Assembly (NCBI GenBank): GCA_024137785.1
Contig: JAHRHZ010000223.1
Coordinates: 15,734,967-15,798,966, forward strand
Direction of reading: 5' to 3'
Origin: Ginglymostoma cirratum
Taxonomy: Eukaryota
Length of the DNA: 64,000 bases
Position 1 is the first letter of the stretch, and each line of letters opens with the position of its first letter. The translations under genes were made by a program, and so were the position numbers. A model generated the notes under the pieces. The model worked only from the letters and a program-made list of their open reading frames with translations. It was not told the origin of the DNA and did not search any database. Below, piece by piece: positions 1-13,098 of this stretch.

Positions 1-1639
1 TTTATGTCTCAAGTGACATTGTCCTTTTTTTCTGAATTGAAAACTTAAAGTTCTCTAATCTTAACTGCTAGCATATGATTTTATCTCTTAAATCATTCTC
101 ATACCTCTTCAATTAGCAGAAGTTCATCACAATATTACAAAGCTTGTCTGACCTGATTATAAAACATTAACATAATTTACAAGGACTCAATTATGACAAT
201 CTATTCTGTCATTCTGTTTAAATTCTCCTCCACATTGTAATGATAAGCAATGAATATGTACTACTTTCAAACATTCTGTGTGCTAAATCCATCCCTAAGT
301 TGTTCATTTTTATTTTGTGACCAGTTTGTTAGATAAAGTGTGTGATGATCCATCATTAATTTTATGCGTCCACTGATAATAAGCATTGAGAAACACACAG
401 AGGTAGAGTTCTATTTTCCTATGAGGATCCAGATTCTCTTCATGGGGCGAGGGGGAACACACAAGGTAAAACCACAAGCTTCCCAGCACAGTGGGTGCAT
501 AATTTGCTGTGACTTTGTCAGTTGAAACCATATTTTTATTATATCTTCTCATTTGCAACATTTCATTTGTCAACATTAAATTTCTTTCAACCAGCTGTCC
601 AGAAATGCAGAGAATTTGCATATAGGGTTCTCACAGTTTATTGCCATAACTTCAGCAGAAGACCAAATCAAACAGCACCAATTAGTTTTTAGCATTAAGC
701 TTAAGCACTGTCATTTTGAAGCTGTTTTGCAAGTGCATCTGTCCCTGTGGAAACGCCAGCCTATGACACAGATCACTACACTTCTGAGTAGAGAAGGTTT
801 TCGTGGCTGTGTAATAATATCCCTTCCAATTCAAAACATCAAGAAGGGATGTTATTATCTGAATCAGTACTCTGGCATTACTCAGCAAGCTTTGGATCCT
901 GCAGCTTAAGTTAGGCAGTCAGTGGACCAAACTGTTGATGAATTTTATTGCACTTGATTTTGTGCGATAATAAATGATCTTTTTGCTTCTGTAAGATGCA
1001 CTATTGTCCAGTATCTTTACCATCTAACTCTGCAGTAATAACACACTTTCTGGAACCTGTATATTTCCTGCAAATGCTACAAGAATTAAAAGACTGATAA
1101 ATTTAACTTTCCATGTTGACACTGTTTGTTTTGTTAATACAGATTTCAAAATGTAATAAATATATCCTTATTTTTATTAAAGAAACAGAATTCCATGAAG
1201 ACTCAAGAGATCTTGAGTAACCTCAAACAGCTCATTCTCTTCCTTGTAGCGTGCTTCCCTCTAGTGGTAATATACAGACAAATACTAAGAGCCGAAAAAT
1301 TCTAATACTGAAGTTTTATGTGTTGGAGAAGTTGCTTACAAAGGACAGTCTCACCAGATTGTTGCACTTACCTTATAATTCCAAAATTAGTAAATGCAAT
1401 TATTGATTTTCTATTTTATCACAGGTACCAGAAGCTAACCTTAATTTTTTTTTATAAAAGATACAGAGTACAAATGCTTGTCTCTTTGTGGGACGTGTGG
1501 AACATGTGGAACATTCTTTTGTCTCATCCAGAATTAGAAAAGTTCATCAGTTTTGCTTCTGATTTCTAGCCTTTTGTCACCTTCACCTGGTCCATCTCTG
1601 TTTCTTCCTTTCCCTTCTTTGACTTCTCTGTTTCCATTT

Positions 1640-2780
1640 CTGGGGATAGGCAGTCCACCACAAACCCATTTGACAGTTAAGCTGACGACACTTCCTCACA
1701 TCCTGCTTCCTGTAATGACTCTACTCCATTCCTTGCAGTCAACCTCAGTTCTGCCCTCATCCGTTCCCTCCCTCCAAGAACAACAATAGGGTGCCCTTGA
1801 CACTGTGTTCAAAAGATCACCCTTCAGTATTTCCATCCAGCATTCCCTTTTCCTCCCTTGTCAGCATCTCGCAGGGATTATTTCTCCCCTAACACCTTGA
1901 CCCCCTCCTCTGATACATCTGAACACCTCTTAAACCTCCATGACATCTTCCTATGAATGGTAAAAGGGATAATACATGCCCTTGTACTTTATTCGTCGTC
2001 ATTGTCAAAACCACCAAACACACCTTCCAGGTGAAGCAGTAATTTGCTTGCATTTCTTTCAATCTAGTCTACTAGATTCACACCTACCAATGTTTTGTCC
2101 TCTATATTGATGAGACCAAACGCAAAGTTTGTGGAACACCTCCATTCAACAAAATTTGATCTTTCCAGTCACGTGCCAGTTCAATACACCATGTTGCTCT
2201 CACACTAAGATTTCTGTCCTAGGCCTTCGGTACTGCTCCATGAAGACTCATGCAAGCTTGAGGAACAGCACCTCTTCTCTGGTTCATCAATTTACAGTGT
2301 TCAGAACCCATCACCGAGTTCAACAAATTCAAACCAGGAAAATACTGTCCTCTATTTTGATTATATCCACTCTCTTACAGTCCTGCCTGCATGGACAGCA
2401 GACCTGACACTTTCTGCTACAATCACCTACCATTCATACCTACTCTCCACCTCTATAATTTTTCTACTACTGTTTGTCCTTTGCTCTGGGCACTCTTAGC
2501 ATCTGTTCCACTTGATCTCCTGCCCCTTGTCAACAGAATAACTTAGTCATTTTTCCAGTACTCTTCAGCTCCAAAGAAGAGTCATACTGAATTCAAAATG
2601 TGAACTCTGTTTCTCTCTCCAGAATAGAATAGTAATTGTCATTTGTATTTTAACAAAAAAGTGAAAAGTATTTCAGTTGCCATACTCCAGAGATGCTGCC
2701 AGACCTGCTAAGTTTCTCCAACATTTTGTTTTTATTTCAATTCGTCAACACCTGCGATACTTTTGCCTTTGTTTATACAG
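1640..2780 (+). mobile_element. Old degenerate Penelope-like element, 3' part (GIY-YIG remnant plus terminal repeat)
   Basis: ctctatattgatgagaccaaacgcaaa near 2100 resembles LYIGETKR. The terminal segment gatgctgccagacctgctaagtttctccaaca is shared with other copies in the window. Confidence 0.6.
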
Positions 2781-3888
2781 AAAACATTTTTACACATTAT
2801 ATTTCATTATTCCCATTTACTTAATGCTACTATTATTCCAATTGCCAGTCAGAATAATTAAATGGTGCTTTACCATTTTAATCAATCAGACTTTCTTCAA
2901 CGCTCTCCCCCTCCCCCCTCCCCCCCGACCTGTAATATCTAACCTCTCCCTCGTTGAAAACGAGAAAGGCAGAAATCTGCCTTTAACATAGTTTGAATCA
3001 AAACTGCACTTGACTAGACTAACAACCTTTCTAGGGATCAATAAACATCAAGTAACTGATCGATCAGGTGCTAAACAGCTTCAGAGGTGACTAAGGTGGA
3101 GTCCTGAGCTGCAATACTGTTTTGGCCTGGGTTTACTGAAGGACAAAGGAGTTGAAGCGTTTTCCAGCAACAGGCATTTGGATGATAGTTCTGTGGCTAC
3201 GTGTCACTTATGTAATTTGCTACTGCTTATTAAAGAGACCACATAGCGTTTATTGTGACTAGCACTTGGCCTACACTCCTCTGCTAACTGGAAATGGTCT
3301 TCTTGTGTGGTGCTAGACCACTAGGCTAATTGAATTGGTAACATTCAACTACCAATTGGGCAACGTGCTACGGTGGGTCACGAGAACTAGTATGTCACTG
3401 CCTGGTGACATAAATTGCAGGTCTGTTAACCTACCTGATTGTCACTCCATTCGATGAAAATAAAAATATTCTCACACACTGAAGTAATTTGAAGTTGAAA
3501 CAGAGCTACATCCGTTTGAGGCCATTTAAGCACTTTGACACTTAACAAACAGCAACTACTCATTCAATATGATGGATACAACAAAGGGTCTCTGTGAAAA
3601 TATAATGGCAAAATATTCCTCACCTATGGAGTACAGTTTCAAAGGCAGAAGGTAATTTTTCTCTGCCAATCTTCATGCAATGCAAGCCCATTCAGAAGAT
3701 ACAATCTTCTAATTTTCCAAAATGTGTGAAAAACTCTCCATAAGCAATTGTTGCCGCTTTCTAGTTATCACCAAGAGTCGAACTGTGCTATGTAAATAGA
3801 GTTGCGTATACTGTATATTAAAGGCCAGATCAGTTAGAGGTTCACCTCCAAGCTACTCAGCATCCAGAATTGCTGGCTCAGTAGTTAT

Positions 3889-4222
3889 GGGTGGCACACT
3901 GGGTTAGCAATGCTGCCTCACAGTGCCAGGGATCCCAGCTGGATTACTGCCTTGGGTGACCGCCTATGTGCAGTTTGTACGTTCGCCCTGTGCCTATATG
4001 GGTTTCAGCCAGAAGCTCCCATTTCCTCCTACAATGCATGGATGTGGCAGGTTTGGTGGCCTGGCTGCTGTGCTAAATTGTCCAGAGTGTTTAGGGATGT
4101 GAAGGCTAGGTGGATTAGGCATGATGGATAGGGTAGAGGAGCTGGGTCTGGGTGGGATGTCCTTGTAGGGTTGGTGCAGACTTGACAGGCTAAATGGCCT
4201 TTTCCTGCACTGTAGAGATTCT
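3889..4222 (+). mobile_element. tRNA-derived SINE, HE1/V-SINE-like
   Basis: A-box-like ggtggcacactgggttagca head, central domain, and CR1-like tail aatggccttttcctgcactgtagagattct. Homologous to copies at 13396, 16523 and 40145. Confidence 0.75.
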
Positions 4223-5567
4223 GGATCAAAATCCTGGAACTCCCTTCCTAACAACATCGCAGAAGTGCTGGTACAAAATAGATTTCAGCAGCTCACCTCC
4301 ACGTTCTTAAGGCAACTAGGGATAGAAAAGCCCACAACCCCTGAGTGCACTGAAAAAAAAAGCATACTCCTTTCCCTAAAGGATAGCAGTCCTGACCATT
4401 CATCTCTAAATCAATGTCTATGCCTTTGCATTTATTCCATCAGTCATATATTCAGTACATACCAAGGTAATAGGACTTTTGCAGAATAAAGAATTACATA
4501 TGGTGTTACTTTGGCCATGAATTTATTGGATGCATTTTCACTGACATTACACCTTTTTTTCTGGTTGAGAAGCATTTTTTTGACTTCTGCTCAAACCTAG
4601 TGACAATGGATTCAATGCAACTCCTCTGTGTGATTTCTTGTCTGACATGTTGTCATCTGACCTACGGGACTGTTACCTCAAGTGAGCCAGTAAAACGCTT
4701 TTCCTCTCCAAGACAACATTAATGGGCTCTACCATGGCCTTGCTTGTGAAATAGCTTTCACAAGGCCTCTCAAGAGATTTATTTCCTTAGAAAACATGCT
4801 TCCTGAATGGTCTGTATCACCTACTTGTGTTAAGAGCCTTCTGGCCACTTAAGGTATGTGAAACAACCCTATTATTGTAAAGTTCTGATGGACCATATTT
4901 TTAATGTTAACAGAAAAGTTACCGGATTCCATAAATTCCCAAAATAAAGAGGTGGACACCAGGAAATTATTGAAACTTATAATTTGTAGAGAGTAAACTT
5001 AAGCAGTGTCAATAATTAAAAAAAGTTTTCACTTATGTATCAATCAACCCTGCAAGTACAAAGCCATTAATGTTCATTTGATGTTTTCTATAAAGCTGAA
5101 CAGAAAATAAATGCAATGTCTCTTGTAGTATTTCAAAGATATTTTCAATGAGTCTGTTCAGAAATGTTACGTCCCACATCTGGAGCAGGTATGACTTGAA
5201 CCTGATTGCCTGGCCCAGAGGTAGGGACACTACCACAAGAGGCCCTGCAGTATTTAATGTGCTTTCTAATATTTATAGATGTAATCATGTTATGTCAGCT
5301 ATCACATACAGATAGCATTATCTGGTCAATAATATCTGTACCACAGCAGAATAGACACTTTTCAAACTTTTCTAATTTCATTGGCTGTTCATGAATGTGT
5401 ATTTTTTCAGGTTGTTCAACTGGTCTTGCGTGTCCAAATGAGGCACTATATGCAAAATAAAATTATTAATAAGCTGCCTCTCTTGCATCTTGCACTTCTC
5501 GATATGATCAATTCTTCTAAAACATAATTACGTGTGAAATTTGCTGCCGACAATTTTTGGTTTAGAA

Positions 5568-6119
5568 TCAGATTATTGGCTGCTTGTTTTTTTCAGTGTT
5601 TTGATGTTTAGATCTATTGCCTCTTTGACTCTTGGCAAGTTCAACTTTAATTATATTCCCACTTATACTTAGCCCAGTCAGGGAGGTTACAGCTTCTCCT
5701 GCAGTGACCTCATCCTTATAATCAAGAAAAACCCTGTGCTGGGCGCCTTGCCAACTCAGACGCAACGGAACTGCATTGTGCTCTCTTAAGATATTCTTTA
5801 ATTCACTGACTCTCAGGCTACGAGGTAGGTTACCCATATAAACTGTAGTAACTCTAGTTGGAGCATTAAGCTGCTTTTGACAGCTAGATTCTATTTGTTC
5901 TTCACTAGCTTCAGTATTTCTGGCCATTTCCATTGTGTTAGTTTTAACCTTGATTGCACTTCCCCCTTTCCCTGGCGACATTCTTTGATCTAACAGACTG
6001 TGGAGTTCTTTCTTCTCTGTGTGTATTTCATCCTTCAGAGCAACATCCTTTCCTGCTTTTCGTTCCCTGAATTGAAGGCTTTTAAGGATTGGAATTTTTT
6101 CCATCATCTCTGAATTCAC
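5568..6119 (-). CDS. MTHFSD: MTHFSD exon 8, terminal coding exon (linker plus C-terminal RRM, 183 aa then TGA)
   Basis: Acceptor ttattcag|GTG. Begins VNSEMMEKIPILKSL; RRM includes VYMGNLP (RNP2), VPLRLSWQGAQHRVFLDY and IKVELAK. Stop at 5568-5570. Confidence 0.95.
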   Translation of the reverse strand: MNSEMMEKIPILKSLQFRERKAGKDVALKDEIHTEKKELHSLLDQRMSPGKGGSAIKVKTNTMEMARNTEASEEQIESSCQKQLNAPTRVTTVYMGNLPRSLRVSELKNILREHNAVPLRLSWQGAQHRVFLDYKDEVTAGEAVTSLTGLSISGNIIKVELAKSQRGNRSKHQNTEKNKQPII

Positions 6120-6194
6120 CTGAATAACAAAAATGGTAAAACACAAATATCAAGGTCAGAAGGACTATCCAAATCTAAGAAGGAACCGATTAAG

Positions 6195-6410
6195 GTGAGT
6201 TCATGCCGATTTAAGGTACATAGTTCTTTGAAAGCTACGCCACAGTTAGTTAGGGTGGTAAAGAAGGTGTCAGCATGCTGGCCTTCATTTGCTCAGACTA
6301 CTGAGCATAGGAATTGGGACATCATGTTGCAGTTCTACAGGACGTTGGTAAGGTCACTTTTGGAGTGCTGTGTACAGTTCTGGTCGCCCTGCTATAGGAA
6401 GGAGGGTTGG
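6195..6410 (+). mobile_element. CR1 LINE ORF2 C-terminal fragment
   Basis: Translates YRTLVRSLLECCVQFWSPCYRK, a CR1 motif (LYKxLVRPHLEYCVQFWSP). Confidence 0.75.
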
Positions 6411-7094
6411 ATTCTATGACTCTAAGGGTCACTTCAAGGTAGCCTGTGGGCCTCCTGTAGAATAGGGAACAGGCAATTGCCTCAAGGCAATATCCCAATA
6501 ACAGAACAGGGAGCCAATGTAAGCTTTGAGGCCGGTCTAGCCTTACTGACCTAGTTACAGTTTCAAGTCGCTCAATGCAGGAGAATCGCTCCACAATGAT
6601 GCAGCTATCACCATTTTTCAGTTGAAACATTTCTGAGAGGGCACCTCCAGATGTAGCTCCTTCCATACTGGAGGACCCTCACTGGCTTTGGGACTTGACA
6701 AGCTCACCCACTATCCTTAACTGGACAAGAAACAGAATGGAAGGCTGTTAATTGGCCAATTCAGGAATAAAACTGCCAGGTGACTGATTCCCACATACTG
6801 TAGAGTCTTTTAATCCCAATGTCAAGATCCCAAATCAAAACCCAAATCCTGCCAGCAACTACATTTCTCACAGACATCATAAAGGAGGCTCTTAGTGCAC
6901 AACACACAATGAAAAATATGATTTTTAAAAGGGTGTATTTGTAATTATGTTGCAATAGTGTGATTCACTGATGTATGTGCAATGTTTGCCCTTTGATTCG
7001 CAATTACAGCTGCACATTCACAGGATGCGAAGGGGGAGGGAGGCACTTTCCCACAAGATAGAGACTGAAAAACATGGATGGTAAGATAGAAATC

Positions 7095-7630
7095 AAATAT
7101 AAGGGTCTTGGTGTAAGACACTTGCTAAACTCAGCTGGAATATTGCATACAGTTCTGGGTGGCACATTATAGGAAGGATGTCAATGCACTGGAGACAGTG
7201 CTGAAGTGTTTTACAAGAATGATTCAAGGGATGAGGAATTTCATTTATGAAAATATGATTGAGAAAAATGTATTCCTTGGAGAGGAGGTGGCTAACAGGA
7301 GATCTGACAGAGATTTTCAAAATCAAGAGCAGGCTGGGTACAGGAGATACAGAGAAATTGTTCCTAATGTACAAGAACAAGAGGGCCATAGATTTAAAAC
7401 GATCTTTAAAAGAAGCAAGGGTGAAGTCAGTAGTTTGGGTATGGAATGCACTGCATGGAAGTGTGGTGGTGACAGGTTTAACTGAAGCATCCAACAGAGC
7501 ATTGGATGATTATTTAGATAAAAATAACATGCAAGGGTATGGGAAAAACGCAGTTTGGCACCAGGCAGTGAAGCTCATTTGGTGAGCCAGTGCAGAAATG
7601 ATGGGCTGAATGGCCTATTTCTGTGCTGAT
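7095..7630 (+). mobile_element. CR1 LINE 3' fragment
   Basis: HYRKDVNALE...FTRMI and LERRWLTGDLTEIFKI motifs, followed by a CR1-type 3' tail. Confidence 0.8.
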
Positions 7631-7734
7631 TGTTCTTTTTTTCAGGAAAACCTGCAATACAATGAGAGGAGTACTTTGACAAACGTAAAGAATATTTCTT
7701 TTCAGGAACTCAAAGAAGAAAAAGGATTGTAAAC

Positions 7735-7860
7735 CTTCGACCATATAATTCCTTGAGGCTTGGAACGGCTGCAGTTTGTTTTTATCACTCGAGTAGGTGT
7801 AAGGATGTAGTCTACAGTTAGATCATGGTTGTCCATTAGCTCTTCTGGTATATCAAGCAA
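7735..7860 (-). CDS. MTHFSD: MTHFSD exon 7 (126 nt, phase 0/0)
   Basis: Acceptor ttttctag|TTG, donor AAG|gtttac. Encodes [42 protein letters not shown] ([11 protein letters not shown] motif). Confidence 0.96.
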
Positions 7861-8984
7861 CTAGAAAAATAACATTAAAAACACAGAAATCAATTAAAAC
7901 TCGTGTAACCGGTTTCATAGATTTTGCCCCAGAATTCACAAAAATTTCCAAAAAGTCCATTCGTGTTACAGGTACTAAATAAATTAATTCACTCATGATA
8001 CCCTGACAGTCTGAGATCATTTACTACAGCTGGCATTTGCTCTGTGTTGCTACAAAGACAGCACCCTCTGGCATCCTCTCTGAGCTACTGAACTTTACTG
8101 AGAGGCATGCTAAATGGCACCTTTCGCAGTGCCTGAATTAAAGGAAAAATTGAAGTATCAGGCTGCTAGAGCAAACATACATGCAGGCGTTTATTTTTTT
8201 TCCAATTTATTTAGAACTTTAAACCATGTTTAAATGTTTACCTTGTCACAGTTGGCTTCCTGATTGCAGCTGGAGATTTTGCACCATCTTCCGATGTTAA
8301 GCAGTGAGGTGTGAGGCTTCAATCTTCACCTCCCACTGTGTTTATTTCACCCCAAGCCACGGAGATGTTCACAGATGCACACCTTTCACAGCTACTTTTA
8401 TGCACTTACACACACTTTAATGTCTAATATTAATAAACCAGATGGACAGTCCAATTGCAACTTGTAAAGTATTTTTCCCCATCTGAACAGCAGTTCAAAA
8501 ATGGTTCTTTTTCCTACAACAGCAAGAATTAATAAGGCGGTGGTACCTTTGCCTCTTCTCCTCAGTGATCTGTCCAGGGGCTGTTGGGCTAATGCCACAC
8601 CTTTCTTCTCCTTGCCCAAGGCTGGCGTGATTTCTCCTGAATGGGCCAACTTGTTCTGTAGGAAGGTGCAATTTGTGTTCAACTGACATATTTTGCCAGG
8701 TTTGAGCAGTTCTTCAGAAGTGAGCATCTATTTTGAGCACAAAAGGCTTGGATCTTTCCCCGGTAAGAAATGCAAATAGTACCAACTGTCCTTGCTTAGA
8801 AAAGCAAGGAGGACAGTTTTGGAGAGCACATGGATAAATTGTATCATGCAGATTTTGTTGTTGATGTTGTAAGCTGTATTTATTTCCCTTTAATGTTTCT
8901 TCTGTTCTGGAATCACTATACACTGCTGGTGAGCATGAAGAACCTATGTGCCTAAGAAAACTCACCCAACTTTCAATATAGTTT

Positions 8985-9310
8985 CAAAAACAAAATTGCT
9001 GGAAAAGCTTTTCCGAAGAAGGGTCTCAACCCAAAACATCAGCTTTCCTGCTCCTCTAATGCTGCTTGGCCTGCTGTGTTCATCCAGCTCTACATCGTGT
9101 TATGCTGGAAAAGCTCAGCAGGTATTGCAGCATCAGTGAAGGAAAAAACAGAGTTCACGTTTTGGGTCCAGTGACCCTTCCTCAGAAGCCACTAGACCCA
9201 AAACGTTAACTCTGTTTTTTCCTTCACAGATGCTGCCAGACTTGCTGAGCTTTTCCAGCAACTTTGTTTTTGATCCTGAATTACAGCATCTGCAGTTCTT
9301 TCGGTATTTT
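8985..9310. mobile_element. Fold-back (inverted) Penelope-terminus element with a nested 93-bp insertion
   Basis: Arms of about 85 bp are reverse complements around a loop at about 9176-9187. The insert 9010-9102 is flanked by tgctggaaaagct at 8997-9009 and 9103-9115. Confidence 0.75.
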
Positions 9311-9726
9311 TCATTACGTTTTATCTGGTTCAGTATATTAGCATTATTAAGATTGTGGTTGGAGGAATCTGCAACTGCAGACTAGCTGAACCTCTCAAAT
9401 TTGGGCTAATACAAATCAACACAACAATTCTGAACAAAGATCAAGTACATCCAGCACTGGAAGAAATCTGAGCAAATAATTATAAATGTAGGCGAGGAAT
9501 TTAATGAATCAGTGAGACAAGGCTTCCTCGCTCAGAACAAAAACCATGGTAGTCAGAAAAGGCCTTATATTTCTTAAGTGGGTACAAAACATCAAAGGCA
9601 AACATTTTAATGCCTGGGCGGGTTTCTCTTTGTGAGTGGCAATAATGCCAGAACAGTTTCATAAGAAAAAGGTGGCCCCTAGTGATCTGAAGGAGGAATT
9701 GCAATTGACATTCAGTGATTTACTGG

Positions 9727-10000
9727 AGGTGATGGCCTAGTGGCATTATCGCTGTAATATTATTCCTGAGATACAGTGGTAATGTCCTAGCTTTGCATTC
9801 CTCCATGGTAGATGGTGGAACTTAAATTTAATGAAAATCTGGAATTAAAAGTCTAATGAAGACCATGAATCTGTTGTTGGTTGTCAGGAAGAAAAGCCCA
9901 ATCGCTAACGTTATTTAGGGAAGGAAATTGCCATCTTTACCTGATCTGGCCGACATGTGACTCCAGTCTCACAACAATGTGGTTGACTCTTAACTCCAAC
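9727..10000 (+). mobile_element. Second tRNA-derived SINE family, truncated
   Basis: gatggcctagtgg head and core ggaaggaaattgccatctttacctgatctggcc...aatgtggttgactcttaact, homologous to 23315-23765. Confidence 0.7.
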
Positions 10001-10084
10001 TCTGGTGAAACTGGCATGTCTGATGAACACGCAACACTCCGAACTGTTAAAGAACTGAAAATTTACAGAAGAAAGCCAAATGGA

Positions 10085-10520
10085 GCGTTTGAGTTATAAA
10101 GAGAAGCTGGATAAAGCTGTGGCTTTTTTCACTGGAGCATAGAAGTTTGAGGGGTGACCTTACAGAGGTTTATAAAATCATGAGGGGCATAGATAAAGTG
10201 AATAGCAAAGGTCTTTTCCCTTGGGTTGGGGAATTCAAAACTAGAGGGCATAATTTTAAGGTGAAAGGAGAAAGATTTAAAAGGGATCTGAGGGACAATT
10301 TTTTCATACAGAGGATGGTTTGTATTTGGAATGAACTGCCAAAGGTAGATGCAGGAACAGTTACAACATGTAAGACATTTGGATAGGTACATGAATAGGA
10401 AAAGTTTAGAAGGATATGGGCCAATTGCAGGCAAATGGGACTAGTTCAGTTTGGGGTTTTGGTCGGCATGGATGAGTTGGACTGAAGGGTTTGTTTCCAT
10501 GCTGTATGACTCTGACTCTA
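10085..10520 (+). mobile_element. CR1 LINE 3' end
   Basis: LRGDLTEVYKIMRGIDKVNSKGLFP...TRGHNFKV, with a tandem tail tatgactctgactcta. Confidence 0.85.
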
Positions 10521-10689
10521 AATGATAGGAAAACACCAGCTGTTGAAACATTGTTAAATTTTACTTCAGAAATAGTTCTTAAAAAAAGGAGTTTCCATGA
10601 CCGACTTTGTAAATAATTAAAGCATGGATAGTTAGAGCAGTTTAGTTTTGCAAGTTAATGAGGCTGAAACATTAAGCTTTCTTCCACGT

Positions 10690-11500
10690 GCTTGTTCTCA
10701 CCCTGCAAGGGATTCATGCCTTTAGTATCTCTACACTTGACCATAATGTTCAGCTCACTGGCTTCCTGCAATATCCTTCTTAAACTTGAGATTGTCCAAA
10801 ATTCTGCTGCTCATGTTCTTACTTGTGCCAAGTTGCATTTATCCAGCTTTCTGGTGGTCCTTAGCCTAAATTTTCTTCTGAATGCAACACCTTGTTTTAA
10901 AATGTCAATCTTGCCTTCACCTTCCTTGTCTCCAGTTTATATCCTCCAGCCTTGTCATCTTGATATATCTGTGCTCCTTTAATTCTGACTTATTGAGAAC
11001 ACCAATTTTAACTGAACCACCACTGGTGACATCTACCTAGGCGCTAAGCTCTTTTACTCCCTCCTGTCTTTCCACCTTTTAGACTTTTCTTAAAAGCAAC
11101 CTCTTTACTGGCTCCATCCCCACCTCCTTGACCTGTCCATCTCCTCTCCACTTATCTGCTCCTTTATCCACCTTCCATCCACCTTCCCCCTCTCTCTATT
11201 TACTTCAAAATCCCCTTCACCTCCCCCATTTCTGAAGAAGGGTCCAGACCCGAAACGTCAGCTTTCCTGCTCCTCTGATGCTGCTTGGCCTGCTGTGTTC
11301 ATCCAGCTCCACACATTGTTATCTCAGATTCTCCAGCATCAGCGGTTCCTACTATTTCTTTGACCAAGCTTTTTGCTTATCTGCCCTAATATCTATTCAA
11401 GCAGCTCGGTGTCACATTTTGCTTTATAATGTATTACTAATGCATCTTGGCTGAGTTTATTATCTTAAAATGTGATATGCAAGTATAAGTTGTTGTTGAC
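10690..11500 (+). mobile_element. L2-like LINE 3' remnant interrupted by a Penelope-like 3' fragment (about 11108-11355)
   Basis: KLEIVQNSAAHVLT resembles the L2 LQxxQNAAAR motif. The inner segment matches 44130-44390. Confidence 0.6.
11232..11259 (+). ncRNA. Minimal hammerhead ribozyme core in a Penelope-like terminus
   Basis: CTGAAGA-A-GGGTC-CA-GACCC-GAAA-CGTC: CUGANGA box, stem II, GAAA box, palindromic ACGU and a UH site. Confidence 0.65.
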
Positions 11501-12015
11501 ATCACAAGAGCATGGGGATCAATTTAGACTTGAGATAATCACCATCAGATGTTCCCATGATTCAGCATTACAAACTGACATTAAATAGCATTAAGTGTGG
11601 AACACTTTTTAAATGAATAAAATATTTAAATCAACAAAAGCTGCCAAAGTTCCATTGGAGGGCCTTTGAATGTAGGTTAGTATGCAGGTCTGGACAAAAA
11701 AAGGCCACAAACTACTTTCATTTGAATAATTGTGTGAAGAAACAATTAACATCAAATCACGATGATTATAATTCTGTGAAAGTAACATGTATCAACGTAC
11801 ATATCAATATACAGGTGGCCATAGAATTGAAGGTGTTAAAATGGTTTAACTGTAAGAAAATCATTGCACAACACATAAATCAATCTTCATTGGCCTTCAG
11901 TAAATAACTGGGAAGTGAGCACAAGGTACAATGTTCTCTTAAAAATACTCAATCACAATGTTTGACCATTCTTTTCGGATATATATAAAACAGTTCAGGC
12001 ATTTGAAATGGATAC

Positions 12016-12694
12016 TGTTATGAACCAGACCAAACCCCCCCAAAATATATTAAGAAGATAGCCTAGACCCTAACTTTTCCTTATTTCGTAAGTATAAGGC
12101 ATTGTGTTCCAGACGTAATTTGATTGGTCAAGCTACTTGCTTTTAAGCAATACATTTTTTTTACACTACAGTTAAAATGAAGACAAAATAAAAATGAAAA
12201 GAATTAGCTTAACTGTAACTCTATTGAAATACTTACCAAAATAATATATATAATATATATGCACACATCAACTGTATTGTTCCAATACAGTAACATCTCT
12301 ATACACACACCCCTGGCAAAAGCAAATTCAGTAAAATAGAGATAACAAGGTGTACTATCTCTCAGTAAAATAGAGATTGTCTCACATGCAATTCTAGCAG
12401 CAGGAAGAGAATCCCAGCCTTTAGCTGCAACAGATAGAGGATTAAGAGCTTCCACGTCCAGCTTCAACATCCCAGCAACTACAGAAAGCTAAAACTTAAA
12501 GTCCTGGTTCTGTGAGAGCGTGACCACAGCCAGTGAGGCTGCTTCTATTGTTCCAACTTTTGAAAAAAAACAAGGCTTCACAAGCTGTTTACTTTATTGG
12601 CTTTGAGCACACTGCTCTGTACCTCTGTCTCAACCTTTCTTCATAAAAAAGAACCAGGACAAAATACTCCTCTCATATCCATTGTATCGTTACA
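12016..12694. mobile_element. Solo LTR (Gypsy-like), 679 bp
   Basis: Starts TGTTATG and ends CGTTACA (TG...CA with a short imperfect inverted repeat). Flanked by a 4-bp direct repeat ATAC at 12012-12015 and 12695-12698. Confidence 0.65.
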
Positions 12695-12719
12695 ATACAT
12701 TATTCAACAAGACAAACCA

Positions 12720-13098
12720 GGAGTTTAAGGGGTGACCTTATAAAAGGTTTGCACAATCATGATAAGGTGAATAATAAGGGTTTTTTCCCTAGGGTGGGCA
12801 AGTTCAAAACTAGGGAGGCATATTTTTAAGGTTAGAGGGGGAAGTTTTATAAAGGGTTGAAGGGCAACTTTTTCTTTTAAACACAGAGAGTGGTTCATGT
12901 GTGGAATGAACTGCCAGAGGAAGTGGTCAATGCAGGTACAGTTACAATGTTTAAAAGACATTTGGATAGATACATGAATAGGAAAGGTTTAGAGGGATAT
13001 GGGCCATACGCAGGCAAGTGGAACTAGTTTAGTTTGGGAACATGGTCAGTGCGGACTAGTTGTAACAAAGAGTCCATTTCAATGCTGTCAGACTCTAT
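12720..13098 (+). mobile_element. CR1 LINE 3' end
   Basis: Homologous to 10140-10520 (ggggtgaccttata...tggaatgaactgccagaggaagtgg...gactctatga). Confidence 0.8.

Noticed and set aside
310-909. Short ORFs at the window start
   Set aside because: AT-rich, with no motifs or exon structure; consistent with chance.
4431-5258. MTHFSD poly(A) signal candidates (ATTAAA at 5253-5258; AATAAA at 4778, 4522 and 4431, minus strand)
   Set aside because: Several equally plausible hexamers in AT-rich DNA; cannot choose without 3'-end data.
8398-8965. Minus-strand ORFs of 109, 64 and 83 aa in intron 6 as an extra exon or gene
   Set aside because: No recognisable domain, and no splice-site pair that I could show fits the frame.
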